IMG/VR virus record: IMGVR_UViG_3300032224_000970
Coordinates: 1 to 64,000 of that record
Direction: 5' to 3' (one strand)
Length of the DNA stretch: 64,000 nucleotides
Source of the DNA: a virus
Part shown: positions 47,942-58,188 of the stretch, piece after piece
Layout of the letters: each line of letters begins with the position of its first letter
How positions within the stretch are numbered: the stretch's first letter is position 1
The notes under the pieces: generated by a model
The model's input: the letters and a program-made list of their open reading frames with translations, nothing else
The model's database searches: none
What the model was told of the DNA's origin: nothing
Program-made: the position numbers and the translations under genes

Positions 47942-50737
47942 ATGGCATCTATAATTAGAATTAAAAGATCATCGACTGTCGGTAATCCAACAACCCTTGG
48001 AGCAGGTGAGTTAGCGTATTCAGCTTTAGCCAACACTGGGTTCACTGGAGGAACTGCTACTGGTGGTAACATCCTATACATCGGTATGGGGGCAGAAACT
48101 GCTGGTAACGCTGCAAACCATTATGCAATCGGTGGTTACTACTATACTCAAGCAATCGATAATGCTACCAACTCTAGCACTGCTTCAACACTTGTTAAAC
48201 GTGATGCTTCTGGTAACTTCTCTGCTGGTACAATTACTGCTGCTTTATCAGGTAATGCTTCTACTGCCACTGCTTTAGCAACTGGTCGTACAATTTCTTT
48301 AACTGGTGATGTTACTTATACATCTGGTTCATTTGATGGTACAGGTAACGTAACTGGTACTGCTACTTTAGCAAACACTGCAGTTACTGCTGGTTCATAC
48401 GGTTCTTCTACTGCGATCCCAACATTTACTGTTGACTCAAAAGGTCGTTTAACTGCAGCTGGCACTGCATCAATTAGCACAACATTATCATTGAACGCTG
48501 GTAGTTCTACTTCTGCCACTGTTGCTCTTGGTACTGATAACTTAACATTCACTGGTGGTTCTGGTATTACCACTAGCATAGCAAAAGTAAGCACTACTTC
48601 TACGCTAACTATCGCCATCGATTCTACAGTTGCGACATTAACTGGCACTCAAACTCTTACAAATAAGACTTTAACACTACCAACTATCGGTGGTACTGGT
48701 GCTACATTTAATGGTTCTACTTCTGGCACGACTGTTCTTAAAGCATCTGCTGCTGCAGGTTCTACAACTATCACTCTTCCAGCAACTACAGGTACTGTTG
48801 TTACTACTGGTGATACTGGTACTGTTACTGATACCATGCTGGCTGGTAGTATATCTAATGGTAAACTAACAAACAGTTCAGTTACTATTAACGGAACTTC
48901 TGTTTCTCTTGGTGCTTCTGCAACTGTTACTGCTGCAGCTGGTACATTAACAGGCACAACTCTTAACGCTACTGTTGTTTCTTCTAGTTTAACTAGTGTT
49001 GGAACTATCGCAACTGGTGTCTGGAATGGTACAACAGTTGCTGTTGGTTACGGTGGTACTGGAACTACGAATGGTTCTATCACTGGTACTGGCGCACTAA
49101 CTTTTACTGCTGGTGGTTCAAATACTAACGTAAACCTAGTTCCAAATGGTACTGGTATTGTTGACGTCGGTGGTAAGCGTGTTGGTAATGCTGCAGATCC
49201 TACACAATCTACTGATTTAGCAACTAAAGCATACGTTGATGGTCTATCAAATGGTTTAGATGTTAAGCAATCTGTTGTTGCTGCATCTACAACTGCACTT
49301 ACTGTAACATATTCTAATGGCACTGGTGGTGTTGGTGCTACATTAACCAACGCTGGTACTCAGGCTGCATTTACTCTTGATGGTATTGCACTATCATCTG
49401 GTGATCGTGTTCTTATTAAAGACCAAGCATCTGGTTTACAGAATGGTGTTTACACTGTTACAACAGTTGGTACAATTTCTACAAACTGGGTTCTTACTCG
49501 TGCCACTGACTTTGATAATAGTCCAAGCACTGAAGTTGGTCCAGGCACTTTCTTCTTCGTTGAACAAGGTAATACTCAAGCAGACAATGGTTATGTTGTA
49601 AATACTGATACTGCCATTACTATTGGTACTACTGCTATTTCTTTCAGTCAGTTCTCTGGTGCTGGTCAAATTACTGCTGGTGCTGGTTTAACTAAGTCTG
49701 GTAATACTATTGACGTAGTTGGTACATTAAACCGTATTAGCGTTGCTACTGACTCTATCGACATTTCTGCAAGTTATGTTGGTCAGACTTCTATTACTAC
49801 TCTTGGTACAGTTACTACTGGTACTTGGAATGGTTCAGTAATTGGTTCTACTTACGGTGGTACTGGTGTTAACAACGGATCTGCCACTCTTACAATGGCA
49901 GGTAGCGTTACCCACGCTGGTGCATATACTCAGTCTTTCACTGCCACTGGTAATACTGCTGTTACATTACCAACTACTGGTACTCTAGCGACTTTAGCTG
50001 GAACAGAAACATTTACCAATAAGACTTTAACTAGCCCATCATTAACTACTCCAGCTATTGGCTCTGGTGGTTTTACTATCGCTGGTTCTACTTCTGGCAC
50101 TGTTAGTATTGTTAGCCAAGCGACTGCTTCTGGTACATTAACTCTACCAAATGGTGCAGATACATTAGTTGGTCGTGCCACTACTGACACATTAACTAAC
50201 AAGACTTTAACTTCACCAACTATCAATGGTGGTGCGGCATCTGCTCTTACTACTTTAGCAGTTCGTGATACTTCTGCTGCGTTTGATGTAACAATCGCTG
50301 CAACTTCTTCTACTACTCTTACTGCTGGTAGAACATTGACTATTGATATGGTTAATGCTGCGAGAACTATTAAACTTGCAGGTAACATTGATTTAGCAGC
50401 AAACTTCACTACTTCTGGTGCCAATGCTTTAACATTGACTACCACTGGTGCTACAAACGTAACTCTACCAACTACTGGTACTCTTGTTAACAGTGCAGTA
50501 ACTACTCTATCATCTCTAGCAAGTATCGGTACTATTACTACTGGTACTTGGAATGGTACTGTAATCGGTTCTTCTTATGGTGGTACTGGCTTTAGCACTT
50601 ATGCAACTGGTGACATTATTTACGCATCTGCGTCAAATACACTATCTAAATTAACAGCTGGTACAAGTGGTCAGGTTCTTCAAGTCTCTGCTGGTGGTGT
50701 TCCAACATGGGCAGACGTTGATGGTGGTACGTACTAA
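47942..50737 (+). CDS. long Thr/Gly/Ser-rich fibre protein
   Basis: IRIKRS..GELAYS head; TLTNKTLT and GTW repeats; DRVLIKDQ..NGVY..LTRATD; ends DGGTY. Confidence 0.8.
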   Translation: MASIIRIKRSSTVGNPTTLGAGELAYSALANTGFTGGTATGGNILYIGMGAETAGNAANHYAIGGYYYTQAIDNATNSSTASTLVKRDASGNFSAGTITAALSGNASTATALATGRTISLTGDVTYTSGSFDGTGNVTGTATLANTAVTAGSYGSSTAIPTFTVDSKGRLTAAGTASISTTLSLNAGSSTSATVALGTDNLTFTGGSGITTSIAKVSTTSTLTIAIDSTVATLTGTQTLTNKTLTLPTIGGTGATFNGSTSGTTVLKASAAAGSTTITLPATTGTVVTTGDTGTVTDTMLAGSISNGKLTNSSVTINGTSVSLGASATVTAAAGTLTGTTLNATVVSSSLTSVGTIATGVWNGTTVAVGYGGTGTTNGSITGTGALTFTAGGSNTNVNLVPNGTGIVDVGGKRVGNAADPTQSTDLATKAYVDGLSNGLDVKQSVVAASTTALTVTYSNGTGGVGATLTNAGTQAAFTLDGIALSSGDRVLIKDQASGLQNGVYTVTTVGTISTNWVLTRATDFDNSPSTEVGPGTFFFVEQGNTQADNGYVVNTDTAITIGTTAISFSQFSGAGQITAGAGLTKSGNTIDVVGTLNRISVATDSIDISASYVGQTSITTLGTVTTGTWNGSVIGSTYGGTGVNNGSATLTMAGSVTHAGAYTQSFTATGNTAVTLPTTGTLATLAGTETFTNKTLTSPSLTTPAIGSGGFTIAGSTSGTVSIVSQATASGTLTLPNGADTLVGRATTDTLTNKTLTSPTINGGAASALTTLAVRDTSAAFDVTIAATSSTTLTAGRTLTIDMVNAARTIKLAGNIDLAANFTTSGANALTLTTTGATNVTLPTTGTLVNSAVTTLSSLASIGTITTGTWNGTVIGSSYGGTGFSTYATGDIIYASASNTLSKLTAGTSGQVLQVSAGGVPTWADVDGGTY

Positions 50738-50747
50738 TTGATTTTCG

Positions 50748-50780
50748 AGGGGAGTTTTTACTCCCCTGTTTTCCTTTTTT
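50748..50780 (+). terminator. intrinsic terminator
   Basis: AGGGGAGT-TTTT-ACTCCCCT followed by GTTTTCCTTTTTT. Confidence 0.75.
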
Positions 50781-50791
50781 AAGGTTATAGG

Positions 50792-52150
50792 ATGCCAAAC
50801 AAAGTTCTTCTTAAGAAGTCCTCGACAGCTGCTAAAGTTCCGCTAACGAGCGACATCGATTACGGTGAGTTAGCGTTAAACTACGCTGATGGAAAACTGT
50901 ATTATAAAACTTCAAGTAACACCATTAAAAGTTTTACAGATGATACTTCTGTTGTAACTCTTACTGGCTCCCAAACTCTTACAAATAAAACCTTAACATC
51001 ACCGACTATTAATAGCGGTGCATTGTCTGGCACTTTCTCTGGTGCAATTACCCTTTCCGATACAACTGCTTCTTCTTCAACCACTAGTGGTGCACTGAAG
51101 ATTGGTGGTGGTCTCGGTGTAGCTGGTTCTATCTACGCTGATAAAATCTACGCTGTTAATAATGGTGCTGGTACCAATGTCTATGTTGGTGATGATGTTG
51201 TCCTTGGCGATGTTAATCAAGCAAACACTCTAGGTCTTAGAGGACAGCAAGACGCATCTCAGGCTTATATTGTTTTTGGTAATGCTAACAACACTACATA
51301 TATTGGTCGTTCTGGAACAAACCCACTTCAAGTAACTGGTCAGTTCAAAGTTGATTCTGGTACTGTTACTGGTGCAAGTGCAGTTGCTATGCAAATTGCT
51401 GGTTATGCTAATAAAGGTGGTACTGGTTATCACGACTTCCTTAGTGTAACAAATGGTTATGGTTCTGCTACAAACGCATCTAAATGGTTTCGTTTAAACA
51501 GCACTGGTGCACTAGAGATTATCAACAGTGCATATACTGCAAGTATCTTTACATTAACTGATGCTGGTGTATTGGTTGTGCCTCAAATTAGTGCTGGTGG
51601 TTCTACAGGTACTAGTGGACAAGTTCTTCAATCTACTGGTACTGGTATTCAGTGGGCATCAGTTAGTGGTTCTGGAACAGTAACTTCTATTACAGCTGGC
51701 ACTGGTTTAACTGGTGGCACAATCACTAGTAGTGGAACTATTGCAATTGATTCCACTGTCACAACCTTAACAGGTTCTCAAACCCTTACAAATAAAACTC
51801 TTACTAGCCCCACAATAAATAGTGCTACGGTAAACAATTCAACCATCACTGGCACATTAACTGCAAATAGTTCTGCAGGAACTAATGGCTACTTTCTACA
51901 GTCTACTGGATCTGGTGTTCAGTGGGCACAGGCTACTTCTACTTCAGTCTTTACTGCAAATGCACAAAGCGATCTTGGTTATGTTTATGATTCTGCTACA
52001 GTTATAGAAGATTTAGGAACACCTCTTGGTACTACAACGACAAGTTATGACTTGGCAGTTCTACGTGTTGATGGTGTTGTTTCATTAAGCAATCTAGATA
52101 GTTCTGTCAAATCAGATTATCTTGCTCAAGCAATTATTTTTGGATTCTAA
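50792..52150 (+). CDS. fibre protein
   Basis: LKKSS..GELALNYADGKLYYK head; TLTNKTLTSP repeats. Confidence 0.75.
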   Translation: MPNKVLLKKSSTAAKVPLTSDIDYGELALNYADGKLYYKTSSNTIKSFTDDTSVVTLTGSQTLTNKTLTSPTINSGALSGTFSGAITLSDTTASSSTTSGALKIGGGLGVAGSIYADKIYAVNNGAGTNVYVGDDVVLGDVNQANTLGLRGQQDASQAYIVFGNANNTTYIGRSGTNPLQVTGQFKVDSGTVTGASAVAMQIAGYANKGGTGYHDFLSVTNGYGSATNASKWFRLNSTGALEIINSAYTASIFTLTDAGVLVVPQISAGGSTGTSGQVLQSTGTGIQWASVSGSGTVTSITAGTGLTGGTITSSGTIAIDSTVTTLTGSQTLTNKTLTSPTINSATVNNSTITGTLTANSSAGTNGYFLQSTGSGVQWAQATSTSVFTANAQSDLGYVYDSATVIEDLGTPLGTTTTSYDLAVLRVDGVVSLSNLDSSVKSDYLAQAIIFGF

Positions 52151-52159
52151 GGATATAAA

Positions 52160-55036
52160 ATGGCTCGTCAGTTAGTTGAAAAATATGTTTTTACTCCAGG
52201 AGTTGCGAACGTAGGTACGCTAAAGATTCCTGGTAAAATTGAATTAAATCAGTTATTGATTATTGCGAATAAAACTACACAAGAGAACATTTATGCTCTT
52301 GGTGATTCTACACGTAATGCATATTCGTTGTCTTATGATGCGACTGATACTACTACATTTTATGCACCTGAAGATGGTGTAACAACTATTACATTTGCCA
52401 AAGATACTTCGGCAATGTCAGCTAATGATAAAATTGCTGTTTATACTGATGCTCCAAAGAACGTAGGTAACATTGTTCGTCCATATGCTTTCGGTGTTGA
52501 TGCCATTGAACGTGCACGTGTTGCCACTCCACAAGCATTGATTGATGCTGACTTTGAGTATGGTCTTCAACCAACAAAGTGGCAGAACTATACAGATATT
52601 CGTGGAATCCCAGGTATCTTTGAAAAGCCAGGACTTGACTTAGCAATTACAGCAGTTACTACTGATGGAGCAACCCCATCAGTTATTACAGTAACCACAT
52701 CATCTGCACATGGTTTATCTGCTGGTGATCCTGTTATTATTTACGGTCTTGGAAACGTGAGCACTTATGCTCGAGCCGAAGGCGCATTTATTGCTGCTAC
52801 CATTCCAACCAGCACAACATTCACTTATTATGCAAAAGGTACTATAGGTACCAATGGACAATCTTTATTTACTGGTTCAACTTATGGACGTAAGGCTGGT
52901 TTCTTCGCTGGAGCAAACTTACCAGTTGCTAGTATCGCAAGTGATGCAGCATCTCCATCAGTTATTACAGTGACAACTACAAATAACCATGGTTTAGTTC
53001 CAGGGTCGACTCTAATTTGTGTTGCTACTTCTGTTGGTACAAATCACAGTTTAATGACTGGAACTATCTACGCTGAAACAGTCCCATCAGCAACTACATT
53101 TACATTTACTGCCAGAGCAGGTGGTGCTGTAGCGAACTCTTCTATCACAGCAAACATATACACTCGTTCTGATGCTTTTGTTTTACACAGACCATTTGAT
53201 GGTGGTGTTCAACTTGGTCCATTTAATCCAACACATGGCGCATCTGTTTCACGTCAAACTAAAAAATATATGCGTTACCAATCTGGTAAGGGATTATTAT
53301 GGACGTCAGGTGTATTGTTTAATCCAGTTCTTAACTTAGATCAGATTTCTGCATCAAGCACTTCTGTAGGTGCAACTGTTACAGTAACTACAGAAACCGA
53401 CCATGGTCTACAGGCTGGCGCAAGTATTTTAATTTCAGGTGTTGTTACTTCTGGATATAATGGAACATATACTGTTAATGCAGTAACATCTGAAAATACA
53501 TTTACTTATGTGGCGACAAGTGCTCCAGGATTAACAAATGCTGTTATTACAAACCTTCCACGTGTAACTATTAAAAATTGGCATGGTGCAGCGGTTCGTG
53601 TTGGTCCATTCGATGACCAAAATGGATTATACTGGGAATTTGATGGAGTAGAATTGGCAGTAGGTAAGCGTTCTGCAACATATCAGTTATCTGGTAATGT
53701 AGCAGTAAATGCAGCATCTCAAGCAGTAACTGGAACTTCTACTCGTTTCACGCAACAGTTAAAAGCAGGTGATCGTATTGTTATTCGTGGTATGACATAT
53801 ATGGTCAACTCTATTGCAAGTGATACATCTTTAACAATCAATCCAGAATTCCGTGGTGTCAATAACGTCTCTGGTGTTAAAATATCTTCAGTAATTGAAA
53901 CTCGTGTTCCACAGTCACAATTCAACGTAGACAAAATTGATGGAACTGGTTTCTCGGGTTACAATATTAACCTGAATAAAATGCAGATGTTGGGTATTTC
54001 TTCATCATGGTATGGTGCTGGTTTTATTGACTTTATGTGTCGTGGTGTTGATGGTAATATGGTTCTCGTTCATCGAATGAAACAGAACAACGTAAATGAT
54101 GAAGCATATATGCGTACAGGTAACGCTGCTGTTCGTTATCAGGCTATCAATGAATCTGCACGTGACAGACTTGCTGTTGCAATGACAAATAGTGATACCA
54201 CTATGACTCTTGCAGATGCTACACGTTTTCCAAATCCAGGCGCAACTTATCCAGCAGTAGTAATGTGTGAAGGCGAGCTAATTAGATATACCACTAAAAC
54301 AGGTAACGTGCTTTCTGGTTTAACACGTGGTTCTTCATTAACTCAATTTAGTGGTGGTCAATCTAGAACATTTACTGGAACTGCTGCAGCTGCTCATGCT
54401 TTGGGTAATGGATATAATTCAGTAACTTTGGTTAGTTGTACTGCAGCACCAGTTATTAATCACTGGGGTTCTTCTTATATCATGGATGGTGGATATGATC
54501 AAGATCGTGGTTACTTCTTTAACTATCCAAGAACAAATATTACATTAACAACTGGGCAAGCAGTAACAGCATTCTTTGTTCGTCTTGCACCTTCTGTTAG
54601 TAACTCAGTAGTAGGTACACTTGGTGATCGTGAACTTATTAATCGTTCACAGTTATTGCTACAAAGATTACAAATTCAGTCAGACCAATCATTACAGGTT
54701 TATGGTATTTTAAATCCAGGTAATATTGATGCGTCAGCATTAACATGGAACTCATTAAACCAAACATCATTCGGTTCTCAACCATCGTTTGCTCAGATCT
54801 CTACTAGCAGTGCAACAGTTGCAACTCCAGGAGAGCAGATCTTTTCAACACTGGCACCTCCAGGTGGTTTGAATGAAATTGACTTAACAGCACTTAAAGA
54901 ATTAACAAACTCGGCGATTGGTGGTTATAGTAACTACCCAGATGGTCCAGATAACTTAGCGATTGTAATTTCTAACCTTACAACTAACACAGCACGTGTA
55001 AGTCTTAACTTATTCTGGTCAGAAGCCCAAGCATAA
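52160..55036 (+). CDS. large virion/fibre protein with repeated TVTT..HGL beta modules
   Basis: LIDADFEYGLQPTKW, RQTKKYMRYQSGKG, SWYGAG, HWGSS. Confidence 0.7.
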   Translation: MARQLVEKYVFTPGVANVGTLKIPGKIELNQLLIIANKTTQENIYALGDSTRNAYSLSYDATDTTTFYAPEDGVTTITFAKDTSAMSANDKIAVYTDAPKNVGNIVRPYAFGVDAIERARVATPQALIDADFEYGLQPTKWQNYTDIRGIPGIFEKPGLDLAITAVTTDGATPSVITVTTSSAHGLSAGDPVIIYGLGNVSTYARAEGAFIAATIPTSTTFTYYAKGTIGTNGQSLFTGSTYGRKAGFFAGANLPVASIASDAASPSVITVTTTNNHGLVPGSTLICVATSVGTNHSLMTGTIYAETVPSATTFTFTARAGGAVANSSITANIYTRSDAFVLHRPFDGGVQLGPFNPTHGASVSRQTKKYMRYQSGKGLLWTSGVLFNPVLNLDQISASSTSVGATVTVTTETDHGLQAGASILISGVVTSGYNGTYTVNAVTSENTFTYVATSAPGLTNAVITNLPRVTIKNWHGAAVRVGPFDDQNGLYWEFDGVELAVGKRSATYQLSGNVAVNAASQAVTGTSTRFTQQLKAGDRIVIRGMTYMVNSIASDTSLTINPEFRGVNNVSGVKISSVIETRVPQSQFNVDKIDGTGFSGYNINLNKMQMLGISSSWYGAGFIDFMCRGVDGNMVLVHRMKQNNVNDEAYMRTGNAAVRYQAINESARDRLAVAMTNSDTTMTLADATRFPNPGATYPAVVMCEGELIRYTTKTGNVLSGLTRGSSLTQFSGGQSRTFTGTAAAAHALGNGYNSVTLVSCTAAPVINHWGSSYIMDGGYDQDRGYFFNYPRTNITLTTGQAVTAFFVRLAPSVSNSVVGTLGDRELINRSQLLLQRLQIQSDQSLQVYGILNPGNIDASALTWNSLNQTSFGSQPSFAQISTSSATVATPGEQIFSTLAPPGGLNEIDLTALKELTNSAIGGYSNYPDGPDNLAIVISNLTTNTARVSLNLFWSEAQA

Positions 55037-55059
55037 ATATACAGGAATAGAGGAAAACT

Positions 55060-55548
55060 ATGGCAACACAAGTACAATTTCGAAGAGGAACTACTCTACA
55101 GAACAATGCGTTTACTGGTGCGTTGGGCGAGATCACAGTTGATACTGATTTAAAAACCTTACGTATCCATGATGGCACAACTGCAGGTGGTGGATCTACT
55201 GTTGTTACACTTGCTGGTTCGCAAACTTTAACCAACAAAACTATTGGCTCTGGTTCTTCTTATACAGGAACTGCAATTGCACTAGCATATGGTGGTACTG
55301 GTTCTTCTCTATCTGCAGTACAAGGTGCAGTTACATACTCTGGTGCTTCTGGTTTAGCGTTATCTCTAGCAGGAACAGCTGGACAAATTTTAGTTTCTGG
55401 TGGTACAGGATCTCCAACATGGACTGCTTCAGGAACATCTGGACAATTATTGCAGTCTAATGGTTCTGGTTCTACTCCAACATGGGTAACAGCAACATAC
55501 GCAAGCACTGGTAAAGCAATCGCCATGGCAATGGTGTTCGGAGGATAA
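55060..55548 (+). CDS. short fibre with Mtd-like N-terminal domain
   Basis: VQFRRGT..FTGALGEITVDTD..HDG.TAGG; ends GKAIAMAMVFGG. Confidence 0.75.
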   Translation: MATQVQFRRGTTLQNNAFTGALGEITVDTDLKTLRIHDGTTAGGGSTVVTLAGSQTLTNKTIGSGSSYTGTAIALAYGGTGSSLSAVQGAVTYSGASGLALSLAGTAGQILVSGGTGSPTWTASGTSGQLLQSNGSGSTPTWVTATYASTGKAIAMAMVFGG

Positions 55549-55549
55549 T

Positions 55550-56509
55550 ATGGCGATCCCAACAACAAGAGAAACACTAAAGCAATATTGCTTACGTGAC
55601 TTAGGTGCGCCAGTACTAGAGATTAACGTAGATGACGATCAGTTAGAAGATCGTATCGATCAGGCACTTGACTTTTGGCGTCTATATCACTATGATGGTA
55701 TAGAGAAAATGTATATGAAGCATCAAATACGTGCTTCTGAAATTACATTAACAACTTCTACTGCTACATCATTTAATCTTGCTGAAAACATTACAGGTGG
55801 AACTTCTGGTGCAACAGCACAAGTTTGTAAAGAAACACAAAGATCTTCTTCAGGTACATTGTTGTTAGTGAGAGATGTCACTGGAACTTTTGTAGCTGGT
55901 GAAACTATTACAGGTTCTGCAGGACATACTGCAGTAGTATCATCTGTAACTCTGCGTGAGTATGATAACAAATATATTGAGATCAACGATTGGGTTTATG
56001 GAATAACACGTGTTATTCCTTTTGCGAATGCATCTTCATCTAAAAATCTATTCGACTTACAATATCAATTACGTTTGAATGACTTGTATGATTTAACATC
56101 TACATCAATCGTTTACTACAAAACAGTAATGAGTCATTTGGCTATGTTGGATCTAGAACTAAATGGTTATCCAATGTATCGTTTCAATCGTATGCAAGGA
56201 CGTTTGTATCTAGATATTAACTGGGCTACAGATATTCCTCTTGGAGACTACATTGTTGTTGAAGCATATCGTGCACTTGATCCAACAACATGGAGTAAAA
56301 TTTGGAATGAACAGTGGCTAAAGAAATATGTTACTTCATTGTTTAAAAGACAGTGGGGAACTAACTTAAAGAAATTCTCTGGTATTCAACTTCCAGGTGG
56401 TGTAACTTTGGATGGAGATAAACTATTCTCTGAAGCCACTGAAGAAATTGCGCAGTTAGAAGATGAGTTGATGCGTAAATCTGCACCTCTTGAATTTTTC
56501 CTTGGATAA
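55550..56509 (+). CDS. gp13: neck protein
   Basis: YCLRDLGAPVLEINVDDDQ, KRQWGTNLKKF.GIQLPGGVTLDG. Confidence 0.93.
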   Translation: MAIPTTRETLKQYCLRDLGAPVLEINVDDDQLEDRIDQALDFWRLYHYDGIEKMYMKHQIRASEITLTTSTATSFNLAENITGGTSGATAQVCKETQRSSSGTLLLVRDVTGTFVAGETITGSAGHTAVVSSVTLREYDNKYIEINDWVYGITRVIPFANASSSKNLFDLQYQLRLNDLYDLTSTSIVYYKTVMSHLAMLDLELNGYPMYRFNRMQGRLYLDINWATDIPLGDYIVVEAYRALDPTTWSKIWNEQWLKKYVTSLFKRQWGTNLKKFSGIQLPGGVTLDGDKLFSEATEEIAQLEDELMRKSAPLEFFLG

Positions 56510-56512
56510 TTA

Positions 56513-57442
56513 ATGCCAACAAATGTATACTTCACACAGGGAACTAAGAACGAACAGTACTTAGTTGAAGACCTGATCATAGAATCATTGAGAATCTATG
56601 GACAGGAGATGTTTTACATTCCAAGAACACTGGTTGCAAAAGATGAAATCCTTGGTGAAGATCGTTTAAGTCAATTTACTTCTTCATTTCCAATCGAAAT
56701 GTATTTTGAGAATGTAGATAACTTTGGTGGGCAGGGTGCATTCATTCAGAAGTTTGGTTTGATGATGGAGCAGTCTGCAACTCTTGTAGTTGCTCGCAGA
56801 CGCTGGGAACAATTCATTGGTCGCTATGATAAGACAATTATACCAACTCGTCCATGCGAGGGAGATTTAATTTATTTCCCACTAACTAAAGGTATGTTCG
56901 AAATTAAATTCGTACAACACCAAGACCCATTCTACCAGTTGGGTAAACTATATGTTTACAAACTTCAAGTTGAACTATTCCAGTATTCTTCAGAGCGTAT
57001 CGATACTGGAGTTGCTGCTATCGATGCATTTGAAACACTTAAAACATTCAGTACCAATACTACTCGCAATCCATATGGTGCTGTAACTTCTATCAGTCTA
57101 ACCAATCAAGGATCTGGTTATTCATCAGCACCAACAGTTTCCTTTACAAGTTCTTCTGGTGTTGGCGCAACTGCTACTGCAGTATTAGGTACTGGCGTAA
57201 ATGCAGGTAAGGTTATTCGTGTAGATGTAACAGAGGGTGGTGTTAGTTATGCTACCGCACCTGTTGTTAACTTCACTGGTGGATCCCCATCAGTAGCTGC
57301 TGTTGCAACTGCAAGCATTGATATCGACATAGATCGAAGCGAATCTTTTGGAGATAATAATTCCTTCAAAACACAAGCGCAAGATATTTTATTCAGCTCA
57401 ACAAATCCATTCGGTGAAATAGACGTAGATCATAACCCATAA
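56513..57442 (+). CDS. gp14: neck protein
   Basis: EDLIIESLRIYG..YIPR, RPCEGDLIYFP, FEIKFV..PFYQLGK. Confidence 0.93.
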   Translation: MPTNVYFTQGTKNEQYLVEDLIIESLRIYGQEMFYIPRTLVAKDEILGEDRLSQFTSSFPIEMYFENVDNFGGQGAFIQKFGLMMEQSATLVVARRRWEQFIGRYDKTIIPTRPCEGDLIYFPLTKGMFEIKFVQHQDPFYQLGKLYVYKLQVELFQYSSERIDTGVAAIDAFETLKTFSTNTTRNPYGAVTSISLTNQGSGYSSAPTVSFTSSSGVGATATAVLGTGVNAGKVIRVDVTEGGVSYATAPVVNFTGGSPSVAAVATASIDIDIDRSESFGDNNSFKTQAQDILFSSTNPFGEIDVDHNP

Positions 57443-58188
57443 TGTTAAACAATCAAGTTTTCTACCACGGAATAATTCGCAAGTGTATTGTAGGATTTGG
57501 CACGTTATTCAGCGACATCTATATCGATCGTAAATCTGGTGGCTCTGTAGAGGGTACTACTGTTCAACGATTACAGGTTCCTCTTGCATATGCACCAAAA
57601 GAAAAATGGCTAGTTCGTTTGGATTCAGATCCAACCTTAGAGAATCACACTTATATTTCTTTACCACGTATGTCCTTTGAGATTACTGGGTATCAGTATG
57701 ATTCTGCAAGAAAAACTAATCGTATGCAGAAAATTACATGCGGTACAGGTGACACTTCTATGTCATATATGTACTCACCTGTTCCTTACAATATTGATAT
57801 TTCTTTCTATGTGTTAACTAAAACACAAGAAGACGGTATGCAAATTATTGAACAAATTCTTCCAACATTTACACCTGAGTATACTCTATCAATTAATGTA
57901 ATTCCTGATATGAATGTTATTCAAGACATTCCAATCATCCTTAACAGTATATCAGTGCAGGATGATTATGATGGAGACTTTCAAACACGTCGTTTCGTTA
58001 CACATACTTTAAACTTTACACTTAAAACAAATATCTTTGGTGCGATTACTGGACAGGGTGTTATTGCTCAGGTTAATTCTAATATTGGATTGAATGAGAA
58101 CTTCACCAATCCAGTAAGAGCATATGTTGCTGATGGTGATGTAACTACTGCAACTGTTACTAATGAAACATGGACTTCTGATTTCTAA
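57442..58188 (+). CDS. gp15: tail sheath stabiliser/terminator
   Basis: FGTLF, VPLAYAPKEKW, LPRMSFE, QIIEQILPTFTP. Confidence 0.93.
   Translation: MLNNQVFYHGIIRKCIVGFGTLFSDIYIDRKSGGSVEGTTVQRLQVPLAYAPKEKWLVRLDSDPTLENHTYISLPRMSFEITGYQYDSARKTNRMQKITCGTGDTSMSYMYSPVPYNIDISFYVLTKTQEDGMQIIEQILPTFTPEYTLSINVIPDMNVIQDIPIILNSISVQDDYDGDFQTRRFVTHTLNFTLKTNIFGAITGQGVIAQVNSNIGLNENFTNPVRAYVADGDVTTATVTNETWTSDF

Noticed and set aside
35732-55548. Diversity-generating retroelement or invertible fibre switch
   Set aside because: No reverse transcriptase or invertase in the window, no TR/VR pair with adenine-only differences noticed, and all fibre genes are on one strand
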